Shown here: in pieces, positions 1 through 9,674 of the stretch | How positions within the stretch are numbered: the first letter of the stretch is position 1 | How the letters are laid out: each line of letters begins with the position of its first letter | NCBI GenBank assembly: GCA_035656275.1 | Contig: DASRSW010000001.1 | Coordinates: 3,490 to 67,489 of the forward strand | Direction of reading: 5' to 3' | Source of the DNA: Thermoplasmata archaeon | GTDB taxonomy: Archaea > Thermoplasmatota > Thermoplasmata > Lutacidiplasmatales > UBA184 | Length of the DNA stretch: 64,000 bases | Notes under the pieces: model-generated | Seen by the model: the letters and a program-made list of their open reading frames with translations, nothing else | The model's database searches: none | Told to the model about the DNA's origin: nothing | Program-made: the position numbers and the translations under genes

Positions 1-1
1 G

Positions 2-940
2 ACCACGTGGACCGCGCGGGAGATGATCGAGCGCCACTTCCTGAAGGACCTGCGATCGCTCGCCACGCCGACCCCGGGACGGTTCCTTGCCGCCTCGTCC
101 CGATGGCGGGGCCACCGCATGGCGCGGGCGGCCGTCGAGATGGCTCTCTGGGACCTCAGCGCCCGACTCCGGGGCCATAGCCTCGCCCGAACGCTGGGGG
201 GAACCCTGCACCGGGTCGAGGTCGGCGTCAGCGTCGGCATCCAGCCCGGGATCGCGGCGCTGCGCCGGGCCGTCGAGCGGTACGTAACCGCGGGGTATGG
301 CCGGGTCAAGCTCAAGGTGCAGCCGGAGTGGGACGCCCGCCCCGTCGCCGCGATACGTCGGGCCTTCCCGACGGCTCGGCTCTGGGTCGACGCCAACCAG
401 GCGTACGCACGAGGATCGATCCCCCGGCTTGTGAAGTGGGCGCACCGCGAGCGGGTGGAGCAAATGGAGCAGCCGTTCCCCGAGCGCGACCTCTCCGCCC
501 ACGCCGCCCTCATCGAGCGCGCAAGGTTCCGTGTCTGCCTCGACGAGTCGGTCGTGGACTCGGCTTCGCTCGAGGACGCCATCGCGCGGCGGGCGCTCAC
601 CTCCCTCAACGTGAAACCCGGACGGGTCGGCGGCCACTCCCATTCCATCGCGCTGGCCCGACGCGCCGTCGCGGCCGGGATCCCGACATGGGTGGGCGGG
701 ATGCTCGAAACCGGCGTGGGCCGGGCGCATGCCGTGGCGCTCGCCTCCCGGAAGGAGTTCACTCTACCGGCGGACCTCTCCGCAAGTGACCGCTACTATC
801 GGACCGACCTCATCGACCCCCCGTTCGTGCTCGGGCCCGGCTCGACGCTCGAGGTGCCGCGATCGCCCGGTCTCGGCGTGGCGGTGGACGAGCGCCGGTG
901 GGCCCGGGCCCGTCGACGGCGCACGGTCGTTCCCCTCTGA
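2..940 (+). CDS. Enolase-superfamily enzyme, o-succinylbenzoate synthase / N-acylamino-acid racemase-like (5' end cut by window edge)
   Basis: Track ORF 23..940 stays open back to base 2, so the N-terminus lies upstream of the window. MLE-subgroup hallmarks are visible: VKLKV (KxK), WVDANQAY, MEQP, CLDES, LNVKPGRVGG. Confidence 0.7.
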   Translation, partial: TTWTAREMIERHFLKDLRSLATPTPGRFLAASSRWRGHRMARAAVEMALWDLSARLRGHSLARTLGGTLHRVEVGVSVGIQPGIAALRRAVERYVTAGYGRVKLKVQPEWDARPVAAIRRAFPTARLWVDANQAYARGSIPRLVKWAHRERVEQMEQPFPERDLSAHAALIERARFRVCLDESVVDSASLEDAIARRALTSLNVKPGRVGGHSHSIALARRAVAAGIPTWVGGMLETGVGRAHAVALASRKEFTLPADLSASDRYYRTDLIDPPFVLGPGSTLEVPRSPGLGVAVDERRWARARRRRTVVPL

Positions 941-973
941 AAGGCGCTTAAGCCCTGCGCCGTTCGTGGGGCG

Positions 974-1891
974 ATGGACCTCGGGCGGGGCACCCGCGGC
1001 GGGGCACGCTGGCTGCTCGTCATCCTGGTCGTGGCCATCACGTTCGGAACCGCGGCCGCCCTCCTCGCCGGACCCGCGGCCCCCTTCACTCCGTCGGCTC
1101 CGAACGCGGGCCCGCCCCTCTCCTTCCAGACGTTCGGCCTCGTGTTCGGATGGACCGTCGTCGGTCTCTGTGTCCTGTGGGTGGTGAACCACTTTCGCCA
1201 ACGCTCTCAGGAAGGATCCTTGGCGATCCCGAATCGGATCGTGGTCTCCTTCCTCGTGGCGGTACTGATCGCCATCGCCTTCATCGTCATCGTCCGCTCG
1301 GGCATTCTCGGAACGAGCCCCTTCTTCTCGACCGTTCCCGCCGGGGGGAACAATTCGAGCTCGGGGCCGACCCCCGCCGGCCAGAACAATTCGACGTTGC
1401 CCCCGCTGGGGAGCGTTCCGTTCGGCGGCTTCGACCTCCCCGGCTGGGTGCTCTATGCGGGGATCCTGGGGGCGGCCGTGATCGCGGTCGTCGTGGCCGT
1501 TCCCGTTCTCGCGAGCCTCCGCGACCGGGCGTCCACCCCTTCCTCCGTCTCCGCGAGCAAGGTGGCGCGACGCGATTTCTCGGAAGCGATCGACGCGCTC
1601 GGCGACCCCGGGGTCGTCGACCCCCGCGCGGTCATCATCGCCCTCTACGCCCGCCTCCTCGGCCGGATCGAGCCGACCCTCGCCCACCTGGACGCGATGG
1701 CGCCACGGGAGATCGAGCTCGAATGCGTCCACCGACTTCGGATCCGCCCGACGACCGCGCGCGAACTCACCGGGCTCTTTGAGGAGGCCCGCTACTCTTC
1801 CCACGCGTTGTCGCTGCAAACGGTCGAGCGGGCCCGCGCGGTCTTCGCGCACGCCGTGGACGACCTCGACCATCCGCCGGGGCTCCTGTGA
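974..1891 (+). CDS. Membrane protein with C-terminal DUF4129-like domain
   Basis: 305-aa ORF. It has hydrophobic helices (WLLVILVVAITFGTAAALLAG, VVSFLVAVLIAIAFIVIV, WVLYAGILGAAVIAVVVAVPVL). A soluble tail follows, ending ...TTARELTGLFEEARYSSHAL, which is the pattern I associate with DUF4129. It is the first gene of the MoxR/DUF58 cluster. Confidence 0.55.
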   Translation: MDLGRGTRGGARWLLVILVVAITFGTAAALLAGPAAPFTPSAPNAGPPLSFQTFGLVFGWTVVGLCVLWVVNHFRQRSQEGSLAIPNRIVVSFLVAVLIAIAFIVIVRSGILGTSPFFSTVPAGGNNSSSGPTPAGQNNSTLPPLGSVPFGGFDLPGWVLYAGILGAAVIAVVVAVPVLASLRDRASTPSSVSASKVARRDFSEAIDALGDPGVVDPRAVIIALYARLLGRIEPTLAHLDAMAPREIELECVHRLRIRPTTARELTGLFEEARYSSHALSLQTVERARAVFAHAVDDLDHPPGLL

Positions 1892-2298
1892 ATCCGGACC
1901 CCTGGCGCTGGGCCCTCCTGGGCGTCGCCGGAGCGCTCGGGGGGGCCGCCGTCCTCGCGGGGGCCAATGACGCCGTTGCCGTGCCGCTCGCCGGCGGGGC
2001 GCTGCTCGCGGTGACCGGGTTCGCGGCGCTCTCGCTCGTGGAACAGGTCCGGTTCCATCTCCCGCAGGTCGACCGACCGGATGTCGACACGCTCGCCGCG
2101 CTGCGTCGCGCGTTCGACGAGGGCGCGCTGGGTCGTCAGCGCATTGCGCAGGCCCTCCTGGAGCTGGAACGGGAAACGCTCGGACGGACGGGCGCGAGCG
2201 GGGGGGACGTGATCGCCCTTCGCCCCGAGAGCGTGAACGACGCAGAGTTCCGGCACTGGGTCACTGCCCGGATCGAGGCGCTGGAGGCGATGACCTGA
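1888..2298 (+). CDS. Small membrane protein, unknown function
   Basis: 136-aa ORF. Its GTG start overlaps the upstream stop (GTGA at 1888..1891). It has two hydrophobic helices and then an Arg/Glu-rich helical tail. No family recognised. Confidence 0.4.
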   Translation: MNPDPWRWALLGVAGALGGAAVLAGANDAVAVPLAGGALLAVTGFAALSLVEQVRFHLPQVDRPDVDTLAALRRAFDEGALGRQRIAQALLELERETLGRTGASGGDVIALRPESVNDAEFRHWVTARIEALEAMT

Positions 2299-2330
2299 GC
2301 ACGCCGGAAGTTCCGCCCCTCCGCTGGCGA

Positions 2331-3587
2331 GTGGGCGCGCTCGTGCTGCTGGCATCGGGGACGGCGCTCCTCGCCGTAGCGCTCGTCGCCCGCTCCCCCG
2401 TTCCGCTGTTCCTCGCCCTCCCCCTGCTCCTCGCCCCGGCGGCCTCAGCTCTCTCCGCCCCCGCGCGGGCGCCCCACAGCGAGCTGCGCTGGGCCGCCGA
2501 CGGTTCCGGGGCCGAAGTGAAAGTGCATGGAACGCTCTCCCGTCCTCCCGGGCTTCCGTCCGCCCAACTCGATGTCACCTTCTACCGCCCCGAGCCGCTT
2601 CGGGAGAAGGCCGCGCCCGACGTGGGCCGCGGAGCGCAGGGGGTCGAGTTCACCCTCGAGTGGACCGCCCCCTATCCGTGCATCCTGACTATCCCGAAAC
2701 CAAATCTCTACTGGAGAGACCCGTTAGGGCTCCTCGAGCGGCGGGTGGTGGTCGACGGAGAGGCCCTTCGTCTCGAACGATTCCCGCCCGAGGTGGGCCG
2801 GCTGGGCCCCGTACGCCTCCGTCGTACGACGCCGCTTCCGGGAGAGATCCGCTCCCGCGCCATCGGACCCACGGGCGAGTTCTTCGCCATCCGAAACGCG
2901 ACGGCCTGGGACACCCCGCGACAGATCAACTGGAGGGCCTCCTCTCGCTCGGGCCGGCTCCTCGCCAATGAGTACTTGCTGGAGCGCACCGGGGACCTTC
3001 TCCTGCTCCTCGACCTGCGGCCCACGTCGCTGGGCCCCGTGCGCGATGCGAAGCTGCTCGCGATCTCGGCGGCGGCGGCGATGGGGCTTGCCTCGGGGTT
3101 CCTCCGCGATAAGTCCCGGGTCGGCGTGGGATTGTTCGGCGAGTTCCTGACGGCGGTCCCCCTCGGAACGGGGCGACTCCAGCGCTACCGCGTTTTCCAG
3201 ATGCTGCAGCGGGCGACCCTCACGGAGACCCCGGGCCCGTCCGAGCGGTTCGCCATCTCGTTGCGCCGGTATTTTCCCCCCGGGGTCACGACCGTCCTCC
3301 TCTCCTCGCTGGCGGACGAGTCCTCGCTCCTTCTGTTGAGCCACCTTCGGCGGCGCGGCTACCCCACCGTTGTGCTCTCCCCGTCTCCCCTTCCGCTCCT
3401 CGCGCCCGTGACGGACCACCCGAGCGAGAGCGACGCCCTCGCGATGCGACTCCTCGCCCTCGTGCGGCGTCTTCGGATGAGCCAGGTCTGGCGCGAATCC
3501 CCGGTGATCGACTGGGACCAGTACTGGTCGTTGGCCCCGTTCCTCCGGTTCCTGACGCAGCCCAGCCACAACGCGAGGGGATCGTGA
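2331..3587 (+). CDS. DUF58 family protein (vWA-like partner of MoxR ATPases)
   Basis: 418 aa with a GTG start and an N-terminal pair of TM helices. The core GEFFAIRNATAWDTPRQINWRASSRSGRLLANEYLLERTGDLLLLLDLRPTS fits the DUF58 signature. It lies upstream of moxR. Confidence 0.75.
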   Translation: MGALVLLASGTALLAVALVARSPVPLFLALPLLLAPAASALSAPARAPHSELRWAADGSGAEVKVHGTLSRPPGLPSAQLDVTFYRPEPLREKAAPDVGRGAQGVEFTLEWTAPYPCILTIPKPNLYWRDPLGLLERRVVVDGEALRLERFPPEVGRLGPVRLRRTTPLPGEIRSRAIGPTGEFFAIRNATAWDTPRQINWRASSRSGRLLANEYLLERTGDLLLLLDLRPTSLGPVRDAKLLAISAAAAMGLASGFLRDKSRVGVGLFGEFLTAVPLGTGRLQRYRVFQMLQRATLTETPGPSERFAISLRRYFPPGVTTVLLSSLADESSLLLLSHLRRRGYPTVVLSPSPLPLLAPVTDHPSESDALAMRLLALVRRLRMSQVWRESPVIDWDQYWSLAPFLRFLTQPSHNARGS

Positions 3588-4105
3588 TCCAGTCCGTTCG
3601 CCCGCCCCCCGCGACTCGAGGGCGCCCCGACGTGGTCGGTCCCCTTCTCTGGGCGGTTCCCGGCGGGATCCTCGCGTGGGTCTCCCACTGGGGCCTCTTC
3701 CCGTCGCTGATCCTCCTGGGAGGCGCGGCCGGGGCGGGCCTGCTGCTTTCCCTCCCCCGCTGGGGATTGGGACCCGCCCTACCGATCCTGCCGGGAGTGG
3801 TGGCCCTGGGGGCGCTCGCGTCCTCCTCGCCCGCGGGACCGGTCCCGTACCTGGTGGCCGGTGCGGGAGGCCTCGCGCTCGTCCTCAGCGTGGGGCGCGC
3901 AGCGGCCGAACCCGGACGGCGGGGGGCGGCCACCGGCGCGCTCCAACTGCCCGCCCTCGCCCTGGGGATCGCCCTGTCGACGGCCCTCCTGTTCCCCCCG
4001 GCCGAGCGCTTCGTCGGGGTGGCGGCCCTCCTTCTCCTCCTCACCGTCACCGTCCTCGCCCTCCTGCTTCGGCGGCCCGCCTCGGCCCTCGAAGCCGAGG
4101 GGTGA
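3584..4105 (+). CDS. Polytopic membrane protein, unknown function
   Basis: 173-aa ORF. Its GTG start overlaps the DUF58 stop (GTGA at 3584..3587). The protein is almost entirely Gly/Ala/Leu-rich hydrophobic helices. No family recognised. Confidence 0.4.
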   Translation: MIQSVRPPPATRGRPDVVGPLLWAVPGGILAWVSHWGLFPSLILLGGAAGAGLLLSLPRWGLGPALPILPGVVALGALASSSPAGPVPYLVAGAGGLALVLSVGRAAAEPGRRGAATGALQLPALALGIALSTALLFPPAERFVGVAALLLLLTVTVLALLLRRPASALEAEG

Positions 4106-4384
4106 GCTTCAAGAGGCCGCCGGCCGTTCCTCCACTTGGCGGTGCCCACGGTGCCGCCCGGGTACCGACGAAGGGTCCCTCTTGACCAACCGCGGACGTG
4201 TCGTCCGCCCGGGATGACGTGAGGACAACCCCGGTGTCCGATAGCCCCGGCCGGGGTCAGGACGCTGAGAGGGCGACCGCCTACCGTGACGCTGCTCCGT
4301 TACGGCCGGGGGATACACGGGGCCGCGCCGAGATAGCCGAGATATACCGGTGCCGGGTCTCCCGCCCCGGCGGCAGGGGCGTAC

Positions 4385-5335
4385 GTGAACGGCGAGGCGG
4401 CGCGCGCCGCGGTGAACGAGATCCTTCAGGCGGTCCACACCGCCGTCGTCGGGCGCGACGTCGTCCTCCGCCAGATCCTGACTGGTCTCATCGCGGACGG
4501 CCACCTCCTGATCGAGGACCTCCCCGGACTCGGCAAGACGCTCATGGCGAAGACGTTCGCGAAGGTCCTGGGCCTCTCGTTCAACCGGATCCAGTTCACC
4601 GCGGACCTCCTGCCCCACGACATCACGGGCGGGGAGCTGTTCGATGCGTCGAAGCAGGAGTTCACCTTCCGTCCGGGGCCCCTGTTCACCAATCTCCTCC
4701 TCGCCGACGAGATCAACCGCGCCCCGCCCAAGGTGCAGTCCGCGCTCCTCGAAGCGATGCAGGAGCGGCAGGTGACGAGCGAGCGGGGCACCTACCCGCT
4801 CGATCGCCCGTTCCTGGTCCTCGCGACGCAGAACCCGATCGAGCTCGAGGGGACGTACCCGTTGCCCGAGGCGCAGGTCGACCGGTTCCTGATGCGGCTC
4901 ACCGTCGGCTATCCGACCCCTGAGGAGGAGCGGTCGATCCTCGACCGGCGCCGCGAGCGGAAGATGGACGAGGCGACCGTCCCCACGGTGCTCACGCCGG
5001 CGAAGTTCCTCGAGCTCCAGCGGTCGGTGGAAGACGTGGAGATCGACCCCGCGATCGAAACCTACGTGGTCGCGCTCGTGGGGGCGACACGGATCGACCC
5101 CCGCGCCGAGGTGGGGGCCTCCCCCCGGGGCTCCCTGGCCCTCCTCAAGCTCTCCCGCGCGCGGGCCCTCCTGGACGGCCGAGACTACGTGGTGCCGGAC
5201 GACGTGAAGTCCCTCGCCGTTCCGGCGCTCGCGCACCGCATCCTGGTCAAGCCCGAGCCGTGGATCCGCGGGATCCGGGGTCCGCAGATCGTGGAGGCGA
5301 CGCTCGACCGCCTCCCGGTGCCGAAGGTCCCGTAA
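4385..5335 (+). CDS. MoxR-class AAA+ ATPase
   Basis: 316 aa. Walker A is LPGLGKT and Walker B is LLLADEINRA. FLVLATQNPIELEGTYPLPEAQVDRF is typical of MoxR ATPases. Confidence 0.9.
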   Translation: MNGEAARAAVNEILQAVHTAVVGRDVVLRQILTGLIADGHLLIEDLPGLGKTLMAKTFAKVLGLSFNRIQFTADLLPHDITGGELFDASKQEFTFRPGPLFTNLLLADEINRAPPKVQSALLEAMQERQVTSERGTYPLDRPFLVLATQNPIELEGTYPLPEAQVDRFLMRLTVGYPTPEEERSILDRRRERKMDEATVPTVLTPAKFLELQRSVEDVEIDPAIETYVVALVGATRIDPRAEVGASPRGSLALLKLSRARALLDGRDYVVPDDVKSLAVPALAHRILVKPEPWIRGIRGPQIVEATLDRLPVPKVP

Positions 5336-5376
5336 CCACCCCAAGCGTTTTGGCCGCGCGGCCGGCTCCGCTCACG

Positions 5377-6333
5377 ATGTCCGCGCCGCTGCCCCTTGTC
5401 GTTGTGGCTGAGACGATCGACCCTGCCGCCGTGGAGGAGTTGAAAGGGGGACCGTGCCGGGTGGTGGTGGTGAAGGGCGGGGAGGCGGAGCTCGCGCCCC
5501 ATCTCCCCGACGCTTGGGGGATCATTGTCCGATCGCGCACCAAGATTAGCGCCGACTTCCTCGCCCGGACCCCGCACCTCCAGCTGGTCGCTCGGGCGGG
5601 CGTCGGGGTGGACAACGTCGACGTGCCCGCGGCGACCGCGCGCGGAGTCCAGGTCGTGAACACCCCGACCGCGGCCACTGCGAGCGTCGCGGAGCTGACG
5701 GTCGGGCTCTACCTGCTCCTCGCGCGCAACCTCTTTGAGCGGATCCGCGCGACGAAGGCCGGGGAGTGGAAGCGCAGCGAGCTCGGAAGCGAGCTCGAGG
5801 GGAAGACCGTCGGCTTTGTCGGCTACGGTCGGATCGCCCGGGAGATCGCCCGCCGGCTCCAGGCGTTCCGCGTCACGACCCTCGCCCACGACCCGTTCGT
5901 GCCCACGGCGGTGGACGCGACCGAGCTTCTCCCCCTCGAGACGGTCCTCGAACGGGCCGACTTTGTGAGCCTCCATGCCGCCCTCACGCCCGAGAACCAC
6001 CATCTCCTGAACGCAGAGCGGATCGCCCGCATGCGGCGCGGAGCCTATCTCGTCAACGTGGCGCGGGGCGCCCTCGTGGATGAGGAGGCGCTCCTCGCGG
6101 CCCTCGAGTCGGGCCACCTGGGCGGGGCCGCGCTGGACGTCTTCGAGACCGAGCCCCCGACCCGCCAGCGACTGTTGGAGCATCCGCGGCTCCTTCCCAC
6201 CCCGCATTTGGGGGCCTCCACGCACGAGGCCCAGCAACGGGCGGGGCGCTTCATCGTCGGGGAGGTCCTGCGGGCGCTCCGGGGCGAACCGTTACAATCC
6301 CTTGTGAATCCCACGGCGGGAGGCACCCGATGA
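5377..6333 (+). CDS. D-isomer-specific 2-hydroxyacid dehydrogenase (short D-3-phosphoglycerate dehydrogenase / hydroxypyruvate reductase type)
   Basis: I moved the start to ATG 5377 (MSAPLPLVVV...), because track start 5260 overlaps moxR. The NAD site is GFVGYGRIAREIA, with motifs NVARGALVDE and HLGAST. At about 318 aa it has no ACT domain. Confidence 0.85.
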   Translation: MSAPLPLVVVAETIDPAAVEELKGGPCRVVVVKGGEAELAPHLPDAWGIIVRSRTKISADFLARTPHLQLVARAGVGVDNVDVPAATARGVQVVNTPTAATASVAELTVGLYLLLARNLFERIRATKAGEWKRSELGSELEGKTVGFVGYGRIAREIARRLQAFRVTTLAHDPFVPTAVDATELLPLETVLERADFVSLHAALTPENHHLLNAERIARMRRGAYLVNVARGALVDEEALLAALESGHLGGAALDVFETEPPTRQRLLEHPRLLPTPHLGASTHEAQQRAGRFIVGEVLRALRGEPLQSLVNPTAGGTR

Positions 6334-7469
6334 CGCTCGACCCCGAGACCGCGACGTTCCTCATCGCCGGACCCGTCCGCATCCACCCTCGGGTCCTGCG
6401 GGCGATGACGACTCCGTCCCTCAACCACCGCGGCGAGTACTTCCACGGGATCGTGGCCGAGATCCGCACGCTCCTCCCGGTGCTGTTCGGGACCTCCCGA
6501 GGGCGGTCGGTCATCCTGACCGGCAGCGGGAGCGCCGGCCTCGAGGCGGTCTATTCGTCGCTCACACCCAAGGGAAGGCGCACCGTCGTGCTGAAGAACG
6601 GGAACTTCGGGGACCGGGGGGACGAGATCGTCCGCCGATACTCACAATCCGTCACCACCTTGGAGGCTCCCTGGGGGACGCCGATCCCCGTGGAGGCGGC
6701 GGCGGCCGAGCTCGAGAAGGGCGACGTCGGCGCGGTCGCCGTGGTCCACAACGAGACCAGCGTGGGTCTCGCGAACCCGCTCGCGGAGCTCGCTCCCCAT
6801 GTGCGCAAGGCGGGCGCCCTCTTCCTGGTCGACGGGATCTCGGCGGTCGCCGGTATCCCGGTCCCCATCGAGGAATGGGGGATCGACGCCCTGGTCGCCG
6901 GCAGCCAGAAGGGGCTCGCCGCCCCCGCGGGTCTCGCCATGGTCCACCTCTCCGACCGGGCCGTCGCCGCGCTGCGACCGGGCACCTTCTACCTGGACCT
7001 CCAGAAGCATCTCGACAATCTCGAGAAGAACGATACCCCGTGGACCCCCGCCGTCCCCCTGTTCCTCGCGCTCCGCGAGGCGCTTCTCCTGCTGAAGGAG
7101 GAGGGTCTCGATACCCGTCTCGCCCGGACGCGTCGGCTGGCCGAGGCGACGCGGGCCGCCGTGGCGGCGATCGGCCTCGAGATGTTCCCCGACCCCCACT
7201 ACGCGAGCGACACCGTCACGGCGATCAAGAATCCGGCGGGCCTTACCGACGCGGACGTGCGGAAGGTCCTCGAGGAGCGCTACCACGTGCTCCTGCAGGG
7301 GGGCCAGGCCGCGCTCAAGGGGAAGATCTTCCGCATCGGGCACATGGGGATCGCCGACTGGCCGGACCTCCTCGTCACCTTCGCGGCGCTGGAGCGGATC
7401 CTGGCCCGGGCCGGCCGGCTCAAAACCCCCGGCGCGAGCCTCGCCGCGATCGCCGAACGGATGCCCTGA
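6330..7469 (+). CDS. Class V PLP aminotransferase (serine-pyruvate / alanine-glyoxylate / archaeal phosphoserine aminotransferase group)
   Basis: 379 aa. The ATG overlaps the upstream stop (ATGA at 6330..6333). The PLP-lysine motif is GSQKGLAAPAG. It is paired with the dehydrogenase as in serine-pathway operons. Confidence 0.85.
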   Translation: MTLDPETATFLIAGPVRIHPRVLRAMTTPSLNHRGEYFHGIVAEIRTLLPVLFGTSRGRSVILTGSGSAGLEAVYSSLTPKGRRTVVLKNGNFGDRGDEIVRRYSQSVTTLEAPWGTPIPVEAAAAELEKGDVGAVAVVHNETSVGLANPLAELAPHVRKAGALFLVDGISAVAGIPVPIEEWGIDALVAGSQKGLAAPAGLAMVHLSDRAVAALRPGTFYLDLQKHLDNLEKNDTPWTPAVPLFLALREALLLLKEEGLDTRLARTRRLAEATRAAVAAIGLEMFPDPHYASDTVTAIKNPAGLTDADVRKVLEERYHVLLQGGQAALKGKIFRIGHMGIADWPDLLVTFAALERILARAGRLKTPGASLAAIAERMP

Positions 7470-7481
7470 GCCCGTCTCGCG

Positions 7482-7955
7482 CTAGATGTCGAGGATGACC
7501 CGCGCTTCGCCGCCGCGAGTGTCGAAGCGAATCCGGTGGAGCGTGACAGCTTTCACCTCGATCTTCGGCCGGTGACGGCCCGGCTCGAACGGCTCTCCCA
7601 CCACCTCGGCGCTCGCTCGGTGGATGGGTCGCCCTTCGGTCTTGACGCGGAAGCGCCGGGCGAGGAAGCCGTCGTCCTGCTCCAAGGCGAGGAGCGCGGT
7701 CAGGTAGGCGACCACGAGCGCGCTCGGGTCGCGGCCCGACGCCTCGATGCAGCGGGTCTCGCGCGGCCGGACCCGCCTTAGGTCGGTCATCTGGGCGAAG
7801 AGGGCGCATCCGAGCCCTTCCAGGAGCCCGTGGGCCGAGTGAGCCCTCGCCCAGATCCCCACGTCGGCGGTGGTCGGAAAGCTCCCCCACCGGACGGTGC
7901 GCGGCGGGCGGTCCGTGCGACTCCCCCCCGGGTCCCCAGCCACCCCAAGGGGCAT
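7482..7955 (-). CDS. Archease
   Basis: 157 aa. The N-terminal FPTTADVGIWARAHS (HTAD-type motif) and the C-terminal KAVTLHRIRF...ARVILDI match the archease layout. Confidence 0.8.
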   Translation of the reverse strand: MPLGVAGDPGGSRTDRPPRTVRWGSFPTTADVGIWARAHSAHGLLEGLGCALFAQMTDLRRVRPRETRCIEASGRDPSALVVAYLTALLALEQDDGFLARRFRVKTEGRPIHRASAEVVGEPFEPGRHRPKIEVKAVTLHRIRFDTRGGEARVILDI

Positions 7956-7984
7956 AAGCAGTTGGCCCCTCGCATGCTCTTCGC

Positions 7985-8779
7985 ATGCGCGCGACGCTCC
8001 TCGTCCCCACCTTGAACGAGGCCGAGTCGATCGGCCACGTCCTTCGGTCGTTCCGCGACGCGGCCGCCGCCGCGAATCGCGAGCTCTTCCGGTCGGACCC
8101 CCTCGACTGGGAGCTCCTGGTCGTGGACGGCGCCTCGACGGACGGAACGGCGGAGATCGCCCGCGCGGAAGGGGCGCGTGTGCTCGTCGAGCCGCGCAAA
8201 GGCTACGGTCGAGCCTATCGGACCGGGTTCGACGCCGCGAAGGGAGAGGTCCTCGCGACGATGGACGGGGACGCGACGTATCCCGTGGCCACCGTCCCGC
8301 TCCTCGTCCAGAAGCTCCTCACCGAGCAGCTCGACTTCGTCTCGGGGGACCGGTTGAGCGAGCTGGACCCGAAGGCCATGACGACGGAGCATCGGCTCGG
8401 GAACTGGGTGTTGAACACGTTCCTGCGCATCGCCTACGCGCACTACCTGGTCGCGGTCGCGGGGCGCACCGTCCGCGACAGCCAGAGCGGGATGTGGGTC
8501 CTCCGCCGCTCCATCCTCCCTTCCCTCGCGCTCACGCAGGACGGCATGCCGCTCAGCGAGGAGATCAAGCTCGAGGTCATCCTGCGCGGCTACCGCTTCG
8601 CGGAGGTCCCCATCCACTACGCGGAGCGGTGGGGCGCCCCCAAGCTCTCGAGCTGGCGGGATGGCCGCCACAACCTGCTCTTCCTGTTCCGAAAGCGCCT
8701 CGAGGTGGCCCGGTTGAAAGCCCGCGGCCAGCTCTCCCACCCCGCGGCGGCGCACGCCGGCGAGCGCCTGCCGCGCTGA
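7985..8779 (+). CDS. Family 2 glycosyltransferase (dolichyl-phosphate sugar synthase-like)
   Basis: 264 aa. GT-A motifs are LVPTLNEAESI, LLVVDGASTDGT and the DxD-type MDGDATYP. It is a paralogue of the N-terminal half of 58419..60005. Confidence 0.8.
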   Translation: MRATLLVPTLNEAESIGHVLRSFRDAAAAANRELFRSDPLDWELLVVDGASTDGTAEIARAEGARVLVEPRKGYGRAYRTGFDAAKGEVLATMDGDATYPVATVPLLVQKLLTEQLDFVSGDRLSELDPKAMTTEHRLGNWVLNTFLRIAYAHYLVAVAGRTVRDSQSGMWVLRRSILPSLALTQDGMPLSEEIKLEVILRGYRFAEVPIHYAERWGAPKLSSWRDGRHNLLFLFRKRLEVARLKARGQLSHPAAAHAGERLPR

Positions 8780-8786
8780 GCGTCGC

Positions 8787-8939
8787 TTAGGCCGTCTTGC
8801 CCGCGCGCTCGCGCGACTTCGGGCGGAGGCCCTTGTAGCCGCACCGCCGGCATTGGACCGCCTTGGGCGGGTTCCGAGCGGAGCAGTTCATGCAGATCCG
8901 CTTGTTGAGGAGCCGGTTCACGGCCTCCGGGAACGGCAT
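8787..8939 (-). CDS. rpl40e: Ribosomal protein L40e
   Basis: 50 aa from ATG 8939: [44 protein letters not shown]. This is a CxxC...CxxC zinc ribbon laid out as in L40e. The track ORF starts at an upstream alternative codon. Confidence 0.85.
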   Translation of the reverse strand: MPFPEAVNRLLNKRICMNCSARNPPKAVQCRRCGYKGLRPKSRERAGKTA

Positions 8940-8965
8940 GGTGGACCGCGCCACCCGTGCCCCGC

Positions 8966-8972
8966 TATAAAA
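8966..8972. promoter_or_regulatory. TATA-like box in the 78-bp divergent rpl40e / AMMECR1 spacer
   Basis: The plus strand reads TATAAAA and the minus strand reads TTTTATA. The centre is ~30 nt from the rpl40e ATG (8939). It is the only A/T-rich element in the spacer. Confidence 0.4.
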
Positions 8973-9017
8973 CCTACCGGAGGGGAGGGAGCCTAAGCCC
9001 ACCCGACCCTTGGGCGG

Positions 9018-9674
9018 GTGATGCCCGTCACGCTCGACGAGGCCCGGCTCGGATTGAGTCTCGCGCGCCGCTCGATCGAGCGCGCGCTCGCTCCCGACCC
9101 TCCCGCCGACCCGGCCGCCCCGTTCGAAGGGGAGCGCCTCCCGCCCCTCTTCGACGAACGCCGCGGGGTGTTCGTCACGCTGAAGCGCGCCGAGTCGGGC
9201 GCGCTCCGGGGGTGCATCGGCTACCCGCTTCCCGTAGAGCCGTTGCGGGTGGGACTTCCGCGCGTCGCGGCCGCGGCGGCGCTCGAGGACCCGCGATTCC
9301 CGCCCGTGACCCCAACCGAGTGGCCCCGGCTGGCTGTCGAGATATCGCTCCTCACCGCGCCGGAACCCCTGCGCGCGCGCGACGCCCCGGGACGGCGCGC
9401 GGAGGTCGTGGTCGGTCGCGATGGCCTGATCGTGGAGGCCCGGGGGACGAGCGGCCTCCTACTTCCTCAGGTACCCGTGGAAGAAGGCTGGGACTCGGGC
9501 GAGTTCCTCTCCGGCACGTGCGAGAAGGCCGGACTTCCGCCCGACGCCTGGCTCGACCTTCGCACCCGGGTCTTCCGGTTCGAGGGCGAGGTGTTCCGGG
9601 AGACCGGCCCCGGGGGCCCCGTCGAGCGCGTAGAGCTCAGCGGGCGTTCTTCCGGACCCGACCGGCGAGCGTGA
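9018..9674 (+). CDS. AMMECR1 domain protein
   Basis: About 218 aa (GTG 9018 or ATG 9021). It contains [15 protein letters not shown] and RDGLIVE...[10 protein letters not shown], as in AMMECR1. The 3' end overlaps ileS. Confidence 0.85.
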   Translation: MMPVTLDEARLGLSLARRSIERALAPDPPADPAAPFEGERLPPLFDERRGVFVTLKRAESGALRGCIGYPLPVEPLRVGLPRVAAAAALEDPRFPPVTPTEWPRLAVEISLLTAPEPLRARDAPGRRAEVVVGRDGLIVEARGTSGLLLPQVPVEEGWDSGEFLSGTCEKAGLPPDAWLDLRTRVFRFEGEVFRETGPGGPVERVELSGRSSGPDRRA

